Part shown: piece after piece, positions 45,625 to 59,769 of the stretch
How the letters are laid out: the number at the start of each line of letters is the position of its first letter
How positions within the stretch are numbered: position 1 is the first letter of the stretch
Assembly (NCBI RefSeq): GCF_009914755.1
Contig: NC_060938.1
Length of the DNA: 64,000 nt
Reading direction: 5' to 3' (one strand)
Source: the human T2T-CHM13v2.0 reference genome, Homo sapiens
The notes under the pieces: model-generated
Databases searched by the model: none
Seen by the model: the letters and a program-made list of their open reading frames with translations, nothing else
What the model was told of the DNA's origin: nothing
Program-made: the position numbers and the translations under genes

Positions 45625-48600
45625 GGTTCTGGGGCAGCTGCTGGGGAGGGGGGCCTGGGCCAGCTGAGCAGTCCTCAGAGCCTGTCAGAAGAGCAAGACA
45701 GACAAGCACTGAGGCCAGGGCACTGGAGGCAGGACCTAAAGTGGTGAAGAGCATGGGTCCTGCAGTCTGACTTGGCTCAAACTCTGCCTCTGCCCTTTGC
45801 AAGATGCAGGACCTGGAACTGGCTACTTCACTTCTCAGGGCCTCCGTTTCTTTGTCTGTGGCTTGGGACTGGCAGTAGTGCTTACCCCACAGAGTTGGCT
45901 TAGTCATTTGTCCATTCAACACATATTTACTGAGCATCAGCTATATGCCAGGCACTGTACTGGATGCTTGGGGTACCATGGTGAGAAAGATGAGAAGTAG
46001 GGAGAGGGAGCAGATGCCTGCTTTGTCTTCACAAAACTTCCAGTCTGGTGGAGAAGACAAGTGTAAAATCAAGTCTCTGCCCTGAAGAAGTACAGCAGGT
46101 GCATGTAAGCATGCACAATGGATGGAGCTGACACAGAGACCCAGGGAAGGCCTTAGAGCTGAGATCTGAAGGAAGAGTGTGGGTCAATGAGGTGAAGGGG
46201 ATGCAGAACACATTTCATGCAGAGGGAAGAATGTGTGCAAAGGCCCCGTGGTTGGATACAGGAAAAGGCAGGTGTGGTGCAGGGCACAGATGGAGGTGTG
46301 CGATGGGGTGTGGGGGCCAGACCGTGCAGCCTTGCTTGAGTCTAAGAGGGGGTACTAGGTTAGGATCTGGGTCCTGAAGCCTTCCCCATGCCTGTGTGTG
46401 GGGAGTGGACTGCAGAGGGCTGGACCGACTGACCCCATTAGGGGGCCTTTGCTATGGCTGCAGGCTAGCGAAGATAACTGGGGTTCAGTAGTGGTGTAGA
46501 TGGAGGAAAGGGAACTGATCCTGGGAAATATTGACAGGACTCAGTGGCAGGTGGGACTTAGGGTTGAGAAAGGATTCATTCTAGGGTCGAATGGGAGCGC
46601 GCTGAGTCCAGAGCTTGGCACACGGCATGTGCTCACAGCTGTCAGCTCTTACTGAGGGAGGATGCTTGTCCCTAGCAATGGTCTTAGAGGGATACACCTT
46701 AGTAACTTCCTCCCTAAGGCAAATTGGGACTTTGAGAAGTTCCTGCAGGATCTAAGGTGGGGCCTCCTGGGTTCTGAGGTCTGGACCTGCACATCCCGTT
46801 TGGAAGTATGGAGACACTCAGGGCTTCCCTTCCTCCTTCAGCTGCTTTGAGCACCTACTGAGCACCTGGGAAGCCATAAACCCCCCCAACACACTGGGTG
46901 TGGCAGGTGCAAGTGGGGTATGGAGAGAGGCCAGGGGCAGGCTAGGGGCCCCAGGGACCTCCTGCTGTCCCCCTCCTTGGCCCATCGCAAAGCTGGAGGG
47001 TGATGGGGCTGTGTCTTGCCCTGGATTTCTAATCTGAAGATTGGGGATTCAGTCCTGGTCTTGACGCCTTGGGCAGATCTTCGTGCCCTCTGTTTCCTTA
47101 TCTGTAAGGTGTGGATGGTAATAGGGATTACCATCCATACATCCCCATAAAGTTGTTTTGTGGAGCCAAAGAGATGGCTGGGATGAGAATGTGTGGTAGA
47201 TTTTGAGAGAGGGGGCTGCTGCCGCCCTGACTTCTGGGCTTCAGACTTTGGCGTCACCCACTTGGGGCCATGTCTGGCCTTCTAGCAGGTCTCTGCTAAG
47301 GGTGAAGGGCAAAGTGCAGGGAGATCCTTCTGCTCCCAGGGCTGCGATTATCTAGTCACCTCTCCAGTCCCAGCCCCCATGAGAATCCACAGCCAAATCC
47401 TGGAAAAGAGCAGTTTCTTCTTCTGCCCCAAGAGAAATGTCTGGATGCTAGGAAGCTGGTTCCTGAGAAACCTGAAGACAGAGCATGGCTCCAGGAACAA
47501 TGCCCAGGTATTGGGACAGAGCAAGGGAGGAGTGGGGCCAATCAGACCTGGACGAAGACACTGAGGGTGTGTCCATGAGGGGCCAGGATCCCCTGGCTGA
47601 CTTCCTAGGAAGCGGGGTGGGGGCTGCTGGCTGCATGAGGGCAAGGGGGCAAGAAGACACTACCCGTGGCTCTCAGCTCTGAATCCAAGACTGGCTGCCT
47701 CTAAGCTGGGCTCCAAGAACATCTAACAAATAATCATGGGGGTTACTCAGAGAAGGGGTTGTGGCCCAAGCGCCAGCTCCTCCCCCAGGGAGGGCACAGA
47801 TGGTCCGGAGATGCTGGGCTGCCATGGGCCTGAGGGCCCTGCTGATGCATTAACCAGAGGTGAGTTCCATATAGGCTGTCATGCAGCTGTGGCAGACGTC
47901 TCTCCACAGGCAGAGATAGGGCGCACAGGCTTGGGCAGGTCATGCAGACTTGGATCATAGTTCTTCAGTGCTCACAAATGCAGGGCCTCCTCCTTCCTCT
48001 CTGGGGGTCAAAAATACAGGGAACCCCTTGGATTATAGTGATGTGGAGGGCACCTTCCAGCAGGTGGGGAGCACAGAGTGCCCAAGGCAGAGGCCTTGCT
48101 GGGCTGGGCTCGTGGCTGGGCTCCTCTGGGCAGATTTCCAGCAGGACTGGTCTCTTCTGCCCTCCAAGGGCAGCTTTGGAGCCCCTGCCATGGTCTCCCT
48201 TCTCCCAGTGGATGTGACCGTAGGTGTGGGGTTGAGGGCATGTGAGCTCTGTAAGCCGTATGGATTTGGGAGTCACGTACACTGGGATTCCATGCCCGGT
48301 CCACCCCCATTAGCTTTTTGATGTGGCCTCTCAGTTTCCCCAGTGAGTGATTGTATGAAATGGCCACTGGTGTCAATCAACTGTAGCACTAACATTCCAT
48401 GATCCTATGCCCCCAAGGAACACCACAGAAGTGAAGTCTTGTTGTCCTCTGCCCCCTTTTGAGGGTCGGGGGTAGGTGAACACATGTAGAGCCTAGTGAG
48501 GGGCACAGTCATCCCCTTCCCTACCATAGCCCCTTGAGCAGGTTGAGGAAGGCAAAGGAGAGCAAGGCATCAGTTTTCCAGATGGGCGACAGAGCCATGG

Positions 48601-51169
48601 ATTCATCTCGGGCTTCCCGACTGCCCCTGTACTGCCCCAGTTGCAGCCCTGCCCCTCCACCCCTGCCCATCTTGCCCACCCTCTGGGAATGGAGGACATG
48701 GCCCCCAAAGGTCCTCCAGCCTCTCCCCCAGCTGGCCATAATGTATGTCCCTTCAACCTGCAGCCTCGAGTCAGGTGCACTGTGCTGTCACCATCCATGT
48801 GGGCTGAGGCATGCAGGGGCCTTGGGGTGGGAGTGGGCAGCCCCAGGGCCCACAGAGCAGATTACTGCATCTGACTCACCCCTGCCCTACGCTCTGTCTC
48901 ACCAGGAGGACTGCCCTCCTGTCTGATCTCTCCAGGAGGGATGGAAAGATACCTGAAGACCATAGGGGCATTTGAAGGACAATTGTTCAAAGCAGGCAGG
49001 GGCAGCTGAATCCCAGTTCTTCCCCCTATTCCCCCATCACTGCTCCTGTCAGACTTTCTTGGTCAAAGTACACCCAGCTGAGCCTCCGCAATCCCAGCCA
49101 CACTCAGCCTTTACCAGCTTTCCTCCTCCCTTGGGCTCTGATGGTGCCTTTAAGCAGGGCTTCTCAGCACTTCATGCACAAAGACACATGGTCCTGGCTT
49201 TACACAATATGAAAAACTGGAAGCCACCTAAACGTCCAGCAATTGGGAACAAGTTAAATAAATTACTGTGCACAATACAGTTGTACGAGGCCTTCAAACA
49301 GGTTTACAAAGAGTAATGACGTGAGAAAATACTCATTGCAGATTCGGTGAGAAAGAAGAAAAGAAAATGGTAAATGCATGTAATCTCAACTCCGCCAAAA
49401 TGTCAAGAGTGATTATCTCCAGGGGTGGGAGCACAGGTGCTTTTCATTTTCTTTTTTATACTGTTTTTTCTGTTTTCCACATTTTTTTTTTTTACAATGA
49501 GCATGTACTACTTTTAAACCAGAAAAAAATTAAGTGCATAGATTTCTTCTGAGCCAAATTATCTAAAATCAGTTTAAAACCTCCTTAGGCTGAGGGGTTC
49601 TTTCTAGGTTTGGCGGCTGAGCACAGCATTAAAGCCTGCCCCCTCACATATACACTCACACACACACACACACACAGACACACACTCACACCCACACACA
49701 CCTCTTCTTCCATAAAGCAATCTGAGTTAGCAGCAGCTGCATCTGCTCACAGTCCAGCCAAGGGTCATGGTTCTCTACACAGCTCATACTCACCCCATAT
49801 CCTACTAGGGCCACATGGGGAGTTCGCGGACGTGATCCTGGAGACCCAGCACAGATTCCTGACCAGAAGGAGAGGGTGGCAGGTCCCCAGACACAGCCTT
49901 CCTGCCCTTGGCTTGGCCTGGCCTTTCAGCCCATTCCTTGGGTCTGCCTCTCCCTGTTCACTGGAGTAAGGGACCGGCACTCAGAGCAGAGCAATTATCA
50001 TCACCACCGTTGTGGTTTAGTCTTCCCTGGATGGTGTGTGCCTTCCAGACCCTGTGTGGTTACCTGAGGACCTACGGGTGAGTGTGCCCACACTCGTGTG
50101 TGTTTGTTTGTGTATGCATGCACGCACACGTGTGTGTGTAGGCATGCCTGTGTGTACTCTGCTCCAGAGGAACTATATGAGAGGTCTGGAATTCTGAAGC
50201 TGAGATTGCTCCAAATTGTGCAGCTGGGGCTGTGGGTCTGGGTCCCACAATGGGAGAGGGAGAGAAGGTGGCTCTGAGGCCGCAGCACCCAGGTTGTCTT
50301 TTTCTGAGCTGAGAACTTAGCTGGGCCCGAAGGTTTCCCATTCCCTGATTTGGGGATGGAGAGCACACTGCCACCTTCCAGACCAGGGGCAGGAAACCAT
50401 TCAGGAATCCGCTGGAGTCAAATTACAGTCTCCTGCTGAGTCCAATTGCATTGGAGTCCAATCATACAGTGTGACATTGGTTCATTTATCTGTCAAATGT
50501 ATGAGAGATTTAGGAGGAGTTGATTTTTAACAACTCAGCTCAATATGACTCTAGGATTTTATTGGGAGAAGAAGAATAACTTACACTTACTGAGTTTTTG
50601 ACCATGTGCCGGGAACTGTTCTAAATGCTCGTGTTGACTCTAGATTCCTGGTAATAGAATAACAACAGGATAGAGGGCCTCCTTTTTCAGCTGGGGCAGA
50701 CTAAGTCATGTCACGCCAAACCGCCAATAACAGCTAGAAAAGTGGTGTGTGGTGGGTGGGTAATATGAAGGCTTCAAGGAATCACCAAGGGAGTAAGAAC
50801 TGGAGGGTCAGAATGCCAAGATCCCAGAGGAAAGAGAAACACAGGGAGGCCAGCCTGACACTTGACACTGCGTTTCCCTTTGAGACCTTTCCTGATTCCT
50901 AAGGGGCAGCTTAGAGGCTGCTCTTCCAGAAACCTCAGGGCTGGGGGTGAAAAATTGGAGGTCAGGACCTGTTAAGGAGGAGGGCCCCCAATAAATACCC
51001 TGGTTTTCAGCTGGGACCTCTTTAGGGCTACATGCTGGAAGTAGGAGCAACTCAGAAACAAACCAGCCCTCACAGCACTGAAACCAGGCTTTGAATCAGC
51101 TCCACCCCTTGTCGGATGAAGGCCATCTGCACACAGCCCAGCTGCCCGCCAGAAGCGAAAGTTGTCTCA

Positions 51170-51356
51170 GGGCAGGAGTTCTCAGACTTCAGCATGCATC
51201 AACATCACAGGGAGGACCTGTTAAACCTGGATTGCTGGATTTTACCCTAACGGTTTATGATTCTGGGGTGGGGCCTGGGAATTTGCATTTCTAACAAGTT
51301 CCCAGGTAATGTTGATGCTGCTGCTGGTTGAGGGACCACACTTTAAGAACCACTGC
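51170..51356. mobile_element. MER5A
   Basis: GTTCTCAGACTTCAGCATGCATC...GGGGTGGGGCCTGGGAATTTGCATTTCTAACAAGTTCCCAGGT...GGGACCACACTTTAAGAACCACTG. Confidence 0.85.
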
Positions 51357-52371
51357 TCTGATAGTCACTGAAAAAAGAGTAAAAAAATGTATAACCACTA
51401 TGAGGAATATGAAATAATAAAATTTTTTTCTTTTTTTTGAGACAGGGTCTTATTCTGTTTCCCAGACTGGAGTGCAATGGCATGATTCCAGCTCACTGCG
51501 CCTCGACTTTTTGGGCTCAAGGGATTCTCCTATCTCAACCTCCCAGGTAGCTGGGACTATAGGCATGTACCACCACGCCCAGCTATTTTTTTGTATTTTT
51601 TGTAGAAACAGGGTTTTGCCATGTTTCCCAGGCTGTTCTCAAACTCCTGGGCTCAAGCGACCCTCCCACCTTGGCCTCCCAAAGTACTATCCAAAAGGAT
51701 AGTGCTATCAAAAAGGAGGCAAGAAAAAATAGAAAAAGGAATATAGAATAGGTGAGACAAATAGAAAGTAAATAGTTAAGATGTTAAGCTTATAACCAAC
51801 TACATCAGTAATGACAATGAATGTAAATGGAATAAAATTGCCCAAAAAAAGACAAAGATAGTCATATAGTGTTTTATTCCACTTATTTGAAAGTCTAGGA
51901 AAGGCAAAACTATAGCGACAGAAAGCAGATGGGTAGTTGCTCAGGGCTGGGGGGAGAGGAGGGCATTGATTAGAAAGGGGCCTGAGGACTTTAAGGAATG
52001 TCAGAATTGTTCTCTCTCTTTTTTAAATGTATCTCTTTATTTTATTTTATAATTTTTAATTTATTGTTTCTTTTATATTTTCTTTTTCCACATGTTCTAA
52101 TGTTCTATCTCTTGGTTGTGGTAGTGATTATAGGACTACATATATTTCACAAAACAAATTGAATTGTACACTTAAAATTAGTGAATTTTGTCATGTGTAT
52201 TATATCTCAAAGATGACTTAAAAAAGACAAAGAGGCTAGGCATGGTGGCTCACATCTGTAATCAGTATTTTGGGAGGCCAAGGTGGGTGGATCAGTTGAG
52301 CCTAGGAGTTCAAGACCAGCCTGGGCGATATAATGAAACCCCATCTCTACAAAAAATAAAAAAATCAATCA

Positions 52372-52674
<303 letters not shown>

Positions 52675-54372
52675 TTACTGTGCTCCAGACACTGTTCTAA
52701 ATGCTATATATCATCTCATTTAATCCTTATACTAGCCATGTGAAGTCTATGTCATCATCATCTGCATTTTACAGCAAAAGACACTGAGGCATAGGAAAGT
52801 TGTAGGTGCTCACAGCACACAGCTGGTGAGTGGGGAGCTGGACATGAGCCTTGGAAGTCTGACGTCAGAATCACGGTACCCTAATGCCACTATGTATCAG
52901 CTACCATTATTGGGTGCTTGTTTTGTTCTGAACGCCATGCCAAGTGCTTCAAATGGGTTATCTCATTTAATCCATCCTCTTTAACATGTGGGGAAACTGG
53001 GGTTTAGAGAAATTAAATCGATTTTCTGAGATCACACAGCTAGAGAGTGGCAGAGCTCTATTTGACCCAAGTCTGTTTGACCAGAATGCATGCTTTTAGC
53101 CACCAAACAGATGCAGGGATGGGAGACCAGAGGTCCTGGCAAAGGTGATAAAACAGCTGGCCTGAACAGGACCATGTTCTCCAGGATTTGCTGTAGGGCT
53201 GACACCTTGAGGAGGGTTGCTGTGTGCACTGCCTGGTGGGCTCTGACCTGATTGGGAGGAGGCATCATGAACACTGTTAAAGAGAGGCCAAAAGGACAGT
53301 GTGGTGTATGTGACCAGGAGTTGGCTCACACCCTAGGATGGGGTCAGCCTTTATCAGAACCCTGTAAAATGGTAACAGCTGCTATTTATTGCATCCTCCC
53401 ATGAGGTGTTCCATGTGCTTTATCTCAAAACTTTACAACAACAAATGAAGCCGGTTATTATTATTCCCCATTGTTTAGATGAGGAAACTGAGGCTCAGAA
53501 CTTGCCCAAGATTAAACAGTGGAGAGACTGGATTTGACCCAGGTTTGATTTAGTCTAAAGCCTGGGCTCTGACTTCCCACTCCTTTCAGGGCATAACTGC
53601 ATGGAGCTATGTGATTGGTGGATATGGAGGGTTGTGATATGTGGTAGGCGTGAGAGTGGTGAGGAGTTGATCTTGAATGAGTTAAAACCAGAGTCTTAAG
53701 TGACAGGAATGAGAAATGGGAGCGTTAAAAAAAGATTAAGAGATTTAGGGTGATTTAGCAGCCCAGGGGTAGCTGCCTAGATAACCCCAAGGGTCTGGAT
53801 TCAAATAAATACCGAGCCTTTGTGAAGAAGTTGAGATACTGACCACTATCTCTCAGTGCAACAAGAGAGATTGCTTTTAAACTGAGAGATAAAAACCAGA
53901 ACTTCCTAATCGGGCAGAAGATTAAATGTAAATTATTAAAATCCAGGGAAAAGGTGAAATCTTTTAGAACAGGCGCTAGACCGTCTTCTAATCAGATCAT
54001 GTATAAACTGTTCTGTAAACTGTGAAGTGTTGTGACTCTGGTGGCTGTTTGTTGATGGCTTGGCGCTGGATTTGAAGATTTCTGGCTGGTGATAAGCGAA
54101 AGAGCCACCAAGCCAGCTTGGAGTCATTAGCTGCAGCTTGCTGCATTTGAGAATAAAGGGAGAAAGAGCCAGGGGTGGCGAGGGGGGCGAGGTTGGCAGA
54201 GTCAAAGAAAATGGGGAACTGAGCTTTCTTTGTCTCAGTTTGCCTTCTCAGCAAGCCTAACACAATTGATTATCCTTTCTCTCGCCTCTGTCTCCAACTG
54301 CTCCTAATTCCTGATCCTTCCTAATGGCACTTCAACATATTGTAGTCTCCCTCACTTAAAAAATAAAATCAT

Positions 54373-54910
54373 TGTGATGATTGTAAAACCTGGCTGCAAA
54401 TAATTCGACACTCTTTCTAGGAAGAGTTAGGGGGTCTATGCCCTTTCTCCCTAATCTGGGTGGGCTTGCAACTGCTTCAACCACAGAGCACAGCAAAAGT
54501 GATGCTATGTGACTTCTGAGGCCAAGGCATAAAAGGCCATCTTTCACCTTGCTCACTGGAACACTCGCTCTTGGAATCTTGAGCCATTCTGTAAGTAGTT
54601 GGATGATTCTGAGGCCACCATGCTGGAAAGGCCATGTGTGTATAGATGCTCTCATCGATGGAAGCTGCTGAGCCCAGCCTCCTCATCATCCCCAAGATGC
54701 CAGCCATTGTGAGTGAAGCCATTTTCGGTTCTTCAAACCAGCCCATCTGTCACCAAGTGACCTCTGTTAATGCCATACAGAGTGGAATGATCACATAGCT
54801 AAACCCTGCCTGCATTTCTGACCCTCCGAAGTCGTGAAGTATAATAAAATGTCTGTTGTTTTAAGCCACCAGGTTTTGGGGTAGTTGGGCAGCAACAGAT
54901 CACTGGCACA
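54373..54910 (+). mobile_element. MLT1-family MaLR solo LTR
   Basis: TG...CA termini. Diagnostic 3' end AATAAAATGTCTGTTGTTTTAAGCCACCAGGTTTTGGGGTAGTT...CAGCAACAGAT. Confidence 0.75.
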
Positions 54911-56529
54911 TCATTCCCCAGTGCCATTCCCCCTTTCGGCTCATGTCCCCTCTCTCCTTCACTTCCCATCTCTGTTTGTCAGAAGCTTCACTCACATTAG
55001 GATGCTCTAGCTCTCAGCTCAAAGGTCACTTCCTTAGAGAGGTCATCCCTAATTCCTCAGTCTAGATTTCGCCTCCCTGGTTATCTGCTCTTCACAGCTC
55101 CATGCTCCTTGCCTCAAAGTGCTTATCACAGTCTCTATTTATATATGTGTGATTCATTCATTAGCGTCTTTCTCCTTCACCAGACTGTGAGCTCCAGCGG
55201 GGTGGTAACGGTCTGTCTTGCTCCTCCCTGCATTCCCTTGCGTGGCATATACTAGGCACTCAATAGACAGTGGATCTCATGAATGAATGAGTGAATTAGT
55301 GAATGGGTGAGCTAGGTGTACTGAGACTCTCTGGGAAGAAAGTACTTTCCAGGATTTGGGGTAGATGGAATACATCTGGCTGAGGCACATTTGGTTCTGC
55401 ACAATAAACATTTCTTGAACAATTACTTCAGGCCAGTTATTGGGTTGCAAAAATAAACCAGAAGTGGCACCTGCTGTGAGGAAGGGTAGAAAACACAGAC
55501 TAGCAAATACAAAGTTTCAATAGATGGAGTAAGTTGTGCTAGCAGCACACAGAATGCTATGGGTGCATTGATAAGGGACCCCTATTGTGGGATGGCAGTG
55601 AAGGTGATGGTGAGAACTAGGAAGAGGCTTCTCAGAGCAGGTGACTTCTGAACTCAGTCTTGAAGGAAAAAGTAATAGGAATCATCTAGGTGACCGAATG
55701 AGAGAAGGGCATTTCCAGAAGAGGTTATAGCACAAAAGCATGGGGTAGTGATATAGAGGGGAAGCCAGGGTGTTTGGTAGCGATGGAATGAGGCAGGAGA
55801 GGTGGGAAGGCCTCCCATGCCATGCAGAGGAGCACTGGGGAGCCAGTGATGGGTGTAGCAGGGAAGTTCTATGGTCATGCCTATGTTTTAGACAGAGCAC
55901 TCTGATGGGCGGCAGGGGATAGAAAGGATTTAAGGTGGGTGAGAATGGAGGCTAGGAGTCCTGTTAAGAAACTATTGTAGGAATGCAGGCAGAAGGCCAG
56001 GCACGGTGGCTCACACCTGCAATCCCAGCACTTTGGAAGGTCGAGGCGGGTGGATGACTTGAGGTCAGGAGTTTGAGACCAGCCTGGCCAACATGGTGAA
56101 ACCCCATCTCTACTAACAACACAAAATTAACCAGGTGTGGTGGCGTGCACCTGTAATCCCAGCTACTTGGGAGGCTGAGGCAGGAGAATCACTTGAACCT
56201 GGGAGGCGGAGGTTGCAGTGAACCAAGATCATGCCACCCACCAGCCTGTGTGACAGAGTGAGACTCTGTCAAAAAAAAAAAAAAAAAATGCAGGCAGGAG
56301 AGGATGAGGACCTGAAACTGATCTGTGGCAGAATTGAAAAGGAGGAAGAGTCAGATCTAAGGAGCAATTAGGAGGCTAAATGAACAGGAATCTGTGGGTC
56401 ACTAGAAGTGAGGAAGAGGAAGAGGAAGACGACAAAAGTGACTCCCAGGTTTCTGGCTTTGTCAACCAAATAGAAGGCCATGCAACCACCTGAGACAGAA
56501 AACCTAAGGGGAGGCTGCTGCCGGTTCAA

Positions 56530-57455
56530 GAGGGTAGCCTGAACACAAATGACCACCTCTTTTCCTTCTTAAGTTTCTATTAAAATGACAGGATGTATAT
56601 CTTTTAAAAGAATAAAATCATAATAAATCCTGTGGAAAACAAAAAAGAATTATATCAGTGGGCCAGAAATTCCTGGAGATAAAGAGCAGATGAGATTCCT
56701 TGGTGAGGAAATCAGTGTAGAGAAACCTGTAGCCCCAAACACTGGAGGTAAGAACAACTCCCATTCAGAAGAGAGGCCTACTGTGGAAACAAACTTAGCC
56801 AACTTCAGAGGAAATTCATACTAGCTGCTTGTTCTAGTCAATGCCTTCCTTCATTCCTAAGTATAAATGGACAACAAAAGATAATAAAAAACAACTACAG
56901 GAAAATAAAAGAGAAGGATTAAATAAACAAATAGAACAAATGACCCAATAAGATCCCAAATCATTCAAGTTACAGAAAAAAAACTTTGAAAAAAAATTTT
57001 TTGAATTCATATCCTCAGGCAGATATAAAAGAACACTGCATCTATGAAACAATAACAGGCTGCTATGAAAAAGGAGCAATTCAAGAACATGAGCATTTTG
57101 GAAATTAAAAATAATCGCCGAAATTTTCAAAAATTCAGTGAAAAGACTGGATAATAGACTAGGCATAGATAAAGTAAGACCTTTCAATGTAAAAGAAAAA
57201 GTAAATGAAATTATCTAAGACATAGAGCAAAAAGACAGAAACATGGAAAAGGTAAAAGAAAGGTAAGGGACATGAAGGAGAGTCCCAGGAGGTCCAACAT
57301 CAATCTAATAGGAGTTTCAGAAAGACACAACGGAAAGACTAGAGGAGAAAAATAACAATTAAAGAAGCAGAAGCGTCAAGTGTTTCCTGAACTAAAAAAC
57401 AAAAAGGAATATTTAGATTAAAAGGCCCACCAAGTACCAAGCTGGAAAAATGAGA
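56530..57455 (+). mobile_element. Ancient L1 5'/ORF1-like (L1ME/HAL1) remnant
   Basis: A-rich. AGGAGGTCCAACATCAATCTAATAGGAGTTTCAGAA (ORF1 RRxNI.LIGVPE-like motif) and TTTAGATTAAAAGGCCCACCAAGTACC. Confidence 0.6.
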
Positions 57456-58533
57456 CATACAGACACACACACAGAAGAGCAGGATGGGGAGAAGTGGACG
57501 AGTTTTGTTTTAAAGTGTGTTAAAGAGTAGAAATTCTGCCTGGCTGCTGGATGTATGGAGTCGAAGCCCTAGGTAGTGTTCAGGGCGGGAAAGAGATTTG
57601 AGAATCGTCGAAGGACCTTTGGAGAGAGAGAAGAGGAGGGAAGAAGAGAGAACAGAAAAGGAGAGGAGAAAGCTGATGGGGGAACCTGGGAAAGACAGAT
57701 AAAACAGCTTGAACACTTCTTGGCTCCCACGGGAGGTTTCTTAGTCACTGTCTTCCAGGGAGAATCAATTGCCCTCTTTCTACCCCCTGCCACCCTGGGC
57801 TCCCATGGGCCAGACTGGCCTCTCCTTTAAAGCATAATCCACCTGCTTGGCAGATGGGCTTGTGGCTGACAAGGGTGAAAATTGCTGACAGGATTGGGAT
57901 GATGGCTCTGCTACTCAAATTAGTCCATTTTCAGGTGGAAATCAAATCTTTTTTCTCACTGAAACAACCTGTCTCTCCGCTGAAGCAGCTCATTCCCAAC
58001 CACTTAGAAGCAAACAGCACATCTAATGGCGGAAGATAACACACCTAATGAAGAGTTTCAGCATCCGGCCCCACTCCCTGCTTGGTTTGCTTGCTGGGTG
58101 ATGGGGGTGGGGGCAGCTGCAGGGAGGAAGGAGAAGAGAGAATAAGGCAGGAGGTAAGAGAAATGAGGACTTGACATAAACGGCGGGGGTGAAGATCAGT
58201 CTTTAGTGTCCCCTGGCTTGCAGCAGAGGGGACCTTGCCCCATATGAGATGCCAGCTGAGTCCCGGAGAAGGGAAAGGGGTTGGAAAATGCAGGTTTAGA
58301 GAACTGGGATATTCCTTCTCCCAGGCTGAAGGCTGTTCCTCCTGCTTCTGTCTGCCCAGTGTACTTTGGAGCTGGAAGCCCCTCTAGGATGCACAGATGA
58401 ATTGGCTTTTGGACTTGAAGGTAACCAGTGATGTGCAGATATCTCTGGATATTCTCTGCTTCTGCCATTTTGTGTGTATCACGCAGGGGAAGGGACCTGC
58501 ATGTGTGTATTTCAACATTTTAATCTCTCTCTT

Positions 58534-58560
58534 CACACACACACACACACACACACACAC
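58534..58560 (+). repeat. (CA)n microsatellite in SYNDIG1L intron 1
   Basis: Pure CA run. Confidence 0.9.
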
Positions 58561-59742
58561 AATTTCTCTTTTTTTTCTTTCTTTCTTTCCTTTCTCTCTT
58601 TTTTTTTTTTTAAGACAGGGTCTCCCTCTATCACCCAGGCTGCAGTGCAATGGCACGATCTTGGCTCACTGCAGCCTGCACCTCCCAGGCTGAAGTGATT
58701 CATGCCTCAGCCTCCCGAGTAGCTGAAGTTACATGCCTGGCTACTTTTTGTACTTTTAGTAGAGATGGGGGTTTCGCCATGTTGGCCAGGCTGGTCTCGA
58801 ACTCCTGACCTCAAGTGATCCACCCGCCTCAGCCTCCTAAAGTGCTGGGATTACAGACGTGAGCCACTGCACCTGGCCACACAATTTCTTAATGACCATG
58901 TTGCATTTATTCTTCCTCTTTCTCAGCAGCCCCCCCGCCCCCAAGATCACCCAATCATGTGCCATATGCCAGGGTTGACTCCCTTCTTCCCTTTGAGGCC
59001 TTGTAGAAGGGCCCAGAATAAAAGCCTCAGCAAGGAGGGAACAAGAGGGGAACACAGGAAGCAGCCAATGGGTAGTTTTCCCCGGTCAGGAGAGGAGCCA
59101 GATGTCATCTGCCTGGGTGACCAGAGATGCCCTGCACCCTGACAGCTCTGGGAGTGGGGTGTCCACCCAAACAGCTGCAGAAGGAAGGCTAGTGTATTGT
59201 CCTCACCCCAGTAGCAGGCCAGCTCCTCTGCAGACCAGCCTTGCAGAAAAGAAAACACCTCACTAGCTTGCTGTTGCTGCTGCTGCTGCCGTCACTTTGT
59301 TATGAGGGTTAGTGACTGTCCATTAACTCCAGAGAGCTGATTCTTGCCAGTGCTGCACCAACAGCTGGGAGCCAGAAAGCGATGACGTGAGGAGGGGGGA
59401 CTGGTCCCCCACCCTGGCTGGGCACTCACAGAATAATTCGGCGAGGTCACTGGCATGGTTTACTCAGCTCTACCGAAATGCCAATTAGCTAAGGTTTTTC
59501 TGAGCATCGGCTGGACCTGCCACAGTTGAGGGAAATTATTATCAGAGAAACTCATTTTGATTGATATATATATACACACACACACACACACACGTAACAC
59601 AAATATAAATTCTCTGTAGGGATGGATATTTCCTGCTTGTCCCCTCCTCTGGTCTTCCTAGGAGGGAGATCATAGCCAGGCAGGGTCCCTGGTAGGAGAT
59701 GGCCAATGGTGGGGTCCCTGGCCCTTTGTTACTCACAAGAGA

Positions 59743-59769
59743 TGGTGGTGGTGGTGGTGGTGGTGGTGG
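59743..59769 (+). repeat. (TGG)n microsatellite in SYNDIG1L intron 1
   Basis: About 9 TGG units. Confidence 0.9.

Noticed and set aside
52860-52867. Full CRE palindrome TGACGTCA in intron 1
   Set aside because: A single 8-mer inside a MIR-like repeat far from the TSS; roughly one is expected by chance in 64 kb.
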